Below, piece by piece: positions 61,496-64,000 of a stretch of DNA of 64,000 nucleotides. Origin of the DNA: Takakia lepidozioides. Taxonomy: Eukaryota > Plantae > Bryophyta. The stretch covers positions 1,054,001 to 1,118,000 of the forward strand of contig CM060732.1 in assembly GCA_030704615.1 (NCBI GenBank). The letters are read 5' to 3'. The position numbers and the translations under genes were made by a program. The stretch's first letter is position 1, and the number at the start of each line of letters is the position of its first letter. The notes under the pieces were generated by a model. That model had not been told where the DNA came from, ran no database searches, and was given only the letters and a program-made list of their open reading frames with translations.

Positions 61496-62260
61496 ATGGA
61501 CTCCCGTGTTTGGGTAAACGTGTACTTCCATCCTGATTCTCTGAAAGCTAAAATACCCTGCGACCAAGGATTTGCGATTGTCACTGAGCAATACTTGTGT
61601 GTGAAGTTCGGGCTCTGCCCTGGAACGGTGTTTTTGGAAGAGGAGACGAAGGATGCTTATGGAAATTTTCTGGAAAGTGCCGTCATTCTGCATGCAGATT
61701 TCGGAAAAGGCAAAGAGTGGCGGCTCCCAGCTTCTGAATCCATCCGGTACAGTGCCATTGGTGAAATCGTGCCTAAAGAGTTCCCACGCTGGAACTTGGT
61801 TGATCCTCCTTCCACAAGAGGGTCTGGCGTGCAAGATGTGAAGGATGTGGGCACCTCTTCACAAGCAAAGAAGCCCAAACATGTGAAAAGGGAAATCCAG
61901 AAAAACAGGGAAACAGTCGTCCACGACTTATCCAGTGACGATGAAGACTGTATGGTCCTTCCATCGTATGTTTCGAAATCGTCCGTCACTAGGAGTGTTC
62001 AGCATACACCGTCCGACTCAACTTCCGTCCGCTCAGTAATCGACATATTGCGGAGGATGAAGACAACGGGTTCCCGCTCCAGTGACCTTCTTAGGCTTGA
62101 TTACGACAAAACTCCAATCCATTCTGTGGAAACTTTGCCTGATGTTGTGGATGGGAATGTTATCTACGAGTTCCCTCCAGTGCCGGCAGGCGCAGCCCAG
62201 ACGGCATGCTCGCAGGAATGAACAGGAAACATGACGGCCACCCTTGGTGTGTCACCAAAC
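61496..62260 (+). pseudogene. N-terminal part of the MULE B transposase, truncated
   Basis: YLCVKFGLCPGTVFLEEE, VILHADFGKGKEWRLP, VVHDLS, LPDVVDGNVIYEFPP and RKHDGHPWCVTK all align with the copy A transposase N-terminus. Confidence 0.88.
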
Positions 62261-64000
62261 CAGAATGAGATGAGAGCTCCTGTGAATGAGGGCCCAGTGG
62301 TGGCAGCTCACATGGTTAGGCCATGTGTTGTACCAGAAGTAAGTACAATGATAGTAACAAGAAGCAAAGCCAAACTAATACCTCCAGTAGTTGAGGAAGA
62401 TGATGATAATGAAGATGGCAGTGATATGCCTGAAGATGATGAGGCTTGGAGAGATGAGAAGGAACTGCACAAGGAAGTGGCAGATACCATAAGGGAAATG
62501 CAAAAGAGTACTGATATTCCTGTGGCAGATTCCTCTGATTTTGATGGAGAAGAAGAAGTGAGTGAGGATGAAAGGAAGAAAGAAGTTGTAGACATGCAAA
62601 GTAATGAAGGGACTTTGGCTGAAGTAATATTCAGTAGTGTGTTAGCACACGGCCAGTGAGTTCCCATATAAGCCAGTCCACTCTACGACCAATCATCTTG
62701 CCTTTCCCCATGACAAGTCTTGCCTTCAGATTTCCATGGTATGCCTCAATGCTTGCGTTTGTGTCTTGGCTCGCATGAGGGACATGGCGGGCTGCTATAC
62801 ACCAAAGCAGAGATTACCATTGGACAGCTATTGGCTGTGGCACCTTATTGTAGACACAGGCTGTATCAAGCAATCAATCGAATTGCCCAAGAGACAGGAA
62901 ACACAGACCTGAACAGCAAGGTGACCAGTTATAATGTGAAGCCGGAAGGGCGAGAAACAGTCATGGACTTTGATGATTCTATGCCAGTAATCCAATTGAG
63001 AATTGGAAGCACAGAACTAACTGATGTACTGATAGATGGAGGCTCTGGAGTAAATATCATGACAGACCAATTAAGGAAGAAGCTTGGTCTAAGTAACATG
63101 AAACCAGCCCCATTTACAGTAACAATGGCAGATCAAAGAAGTGTACAGCCATTGGGATTGATAAGAGGAGTTAAGATACAGATACAGAAGATGATCTTTA
63201 TGATCACAGTAACTGTGTTGAAGATGGATGAAGTCATGGAGGCTTACTCCTTATTATTGGGACGTCCGTGGCTGAAACAGGCCAGGGTATTCCATGACTG
63301 GAATTCTCAGTTACTAACTGTGCATAATGGGATGCACAAGATACAAATTACCACTAAGAAATCTAGTAGATTACCTGCTACGAGAAGACCTCGAGGGGTC
63401 AGAGAGTATGACTGGAGGGGAGGACTGGATGAGGAGCAGGAAGCTACCCTGTTCGCTGCACACCCAGAGTGGGAGCAGGTTGCAGAGATGTGGCTGGAAG
63501 GCCTAAGTTGTTTAAGAGGTATCTGCTGTGGTGTAGTGTCAGCAACACCAATTGGAGAGGAAACCAGCAGTTACCCATCACATTTCTATGAAGAAAGAGA
63601 AGGAGAAATGGAAATCCTAGAGGAACCAGCCACTGTGAGTATACAGGATGAAAGTGGAGACTGGTTGGACAATCACAGCTGATGAGCAAGTGAGGGAAGT
63701 GAATGTGGGAACTGAAGAGGAACCGAGGATGGTGAAGGTAGGAGCTGATTTGGAGGCAGAATTCTTTGAAGAAGCTAAGAGTTTGTGCATCAAATACAGA
63801 GATGTATTTGCTTGGAGCTACAAGGATCTAAAAGGGATACCACCTGAAATCTGTCAGCATAAGATTGAACTAGAACCAGGGTCAGTACCAATCAAGCAGG
63901 CAAGGTACAGAATGAATCCCAACTATGCACAAAAGGTTGGAGAAGAGATCAAGAAGTTGCCTGAGGCTAAGTTTATATACCCGATAGAGTATACGACTTG
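62261..64000 (+). mobile_element. Ty3/gypsy internal fragment (gag-pol linker, aspartic protease, start of RT) with no LTR at the junction
   Basis: VTRSKAK linker, ITIGQLLAVAP, VLIDGGSGVN and LLLGRPWL, then RDVFAWSYKDLKGIPPEICQHKIEL...YRMNPNY at 63798-63930. Confidence 0.9.

Larger units (their letters stand above)
46537..62260 (+). mobile_element. Mutator-like transposon, diverged copy B; left end intact, right part missing, chromovirus nested inside
   Basis: Starts GAGGTTTATTATTTCATGAGC with tandem ATGAGC motifs exactly where the Ty3 RT is cut. Same gene order as A. The transposase breaks off after RKHDGHPWCVTK. Confidence 0.9.

Overview
Eukaryotic, transposon-dense DNA from a land plant with organellar C-to-U RNA editing: it carries PLS-class PPR-DYW sequence, spliceosomal GT-AG introns and an iMet-primed chromovirus. 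The PPR style suggests a non-seed plant (inference). Left part: an unassignable decayed stretch (1-5400), a tRNA-derived SINE, a frameshifted gene resembling phage T7 gp2.5-type ssDNA-binding proteins, a scrambled PPR-E-DYW pseudogene cluster, a CRE-type (RT + restriction-like endonuclease) non-LTR retrotransposon and an orphan CHIP exon. From 20.5 kb onward the window is a nest of Ty3/gypsy elements and Mutator-like DNA transposons. The main result is a Mutator-like (MULE) family present as one complete 13.3-kb copy (A, 30046-43319, TIRs and 8-bp TSD), one diverged and right-truncated copy (B, 46537-62260) and probably a third remnant (C, 20509-22378). A and B each carry a transposase gene and, divergently, a multi-exon gene fusing a ParB/Srx-like domain (VWDGNHR) to a beta-class N4C/N6A DNA methyltransferase-like domain with an altered DIPD motif. 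Between the two genes, in introns and near the ends lie arrays of 28-30-bp palindromes with a CGGCGCCG core and family-specific arms. These are spaced at near-integer multiples of about 10.6 bp. The layout suggests a transposon-encoded ParB/parS-like self-marking or anti-silencing system. All homology calls are by motif recognition only; no searches were run. Many frameshifts look like long-read indel errors.
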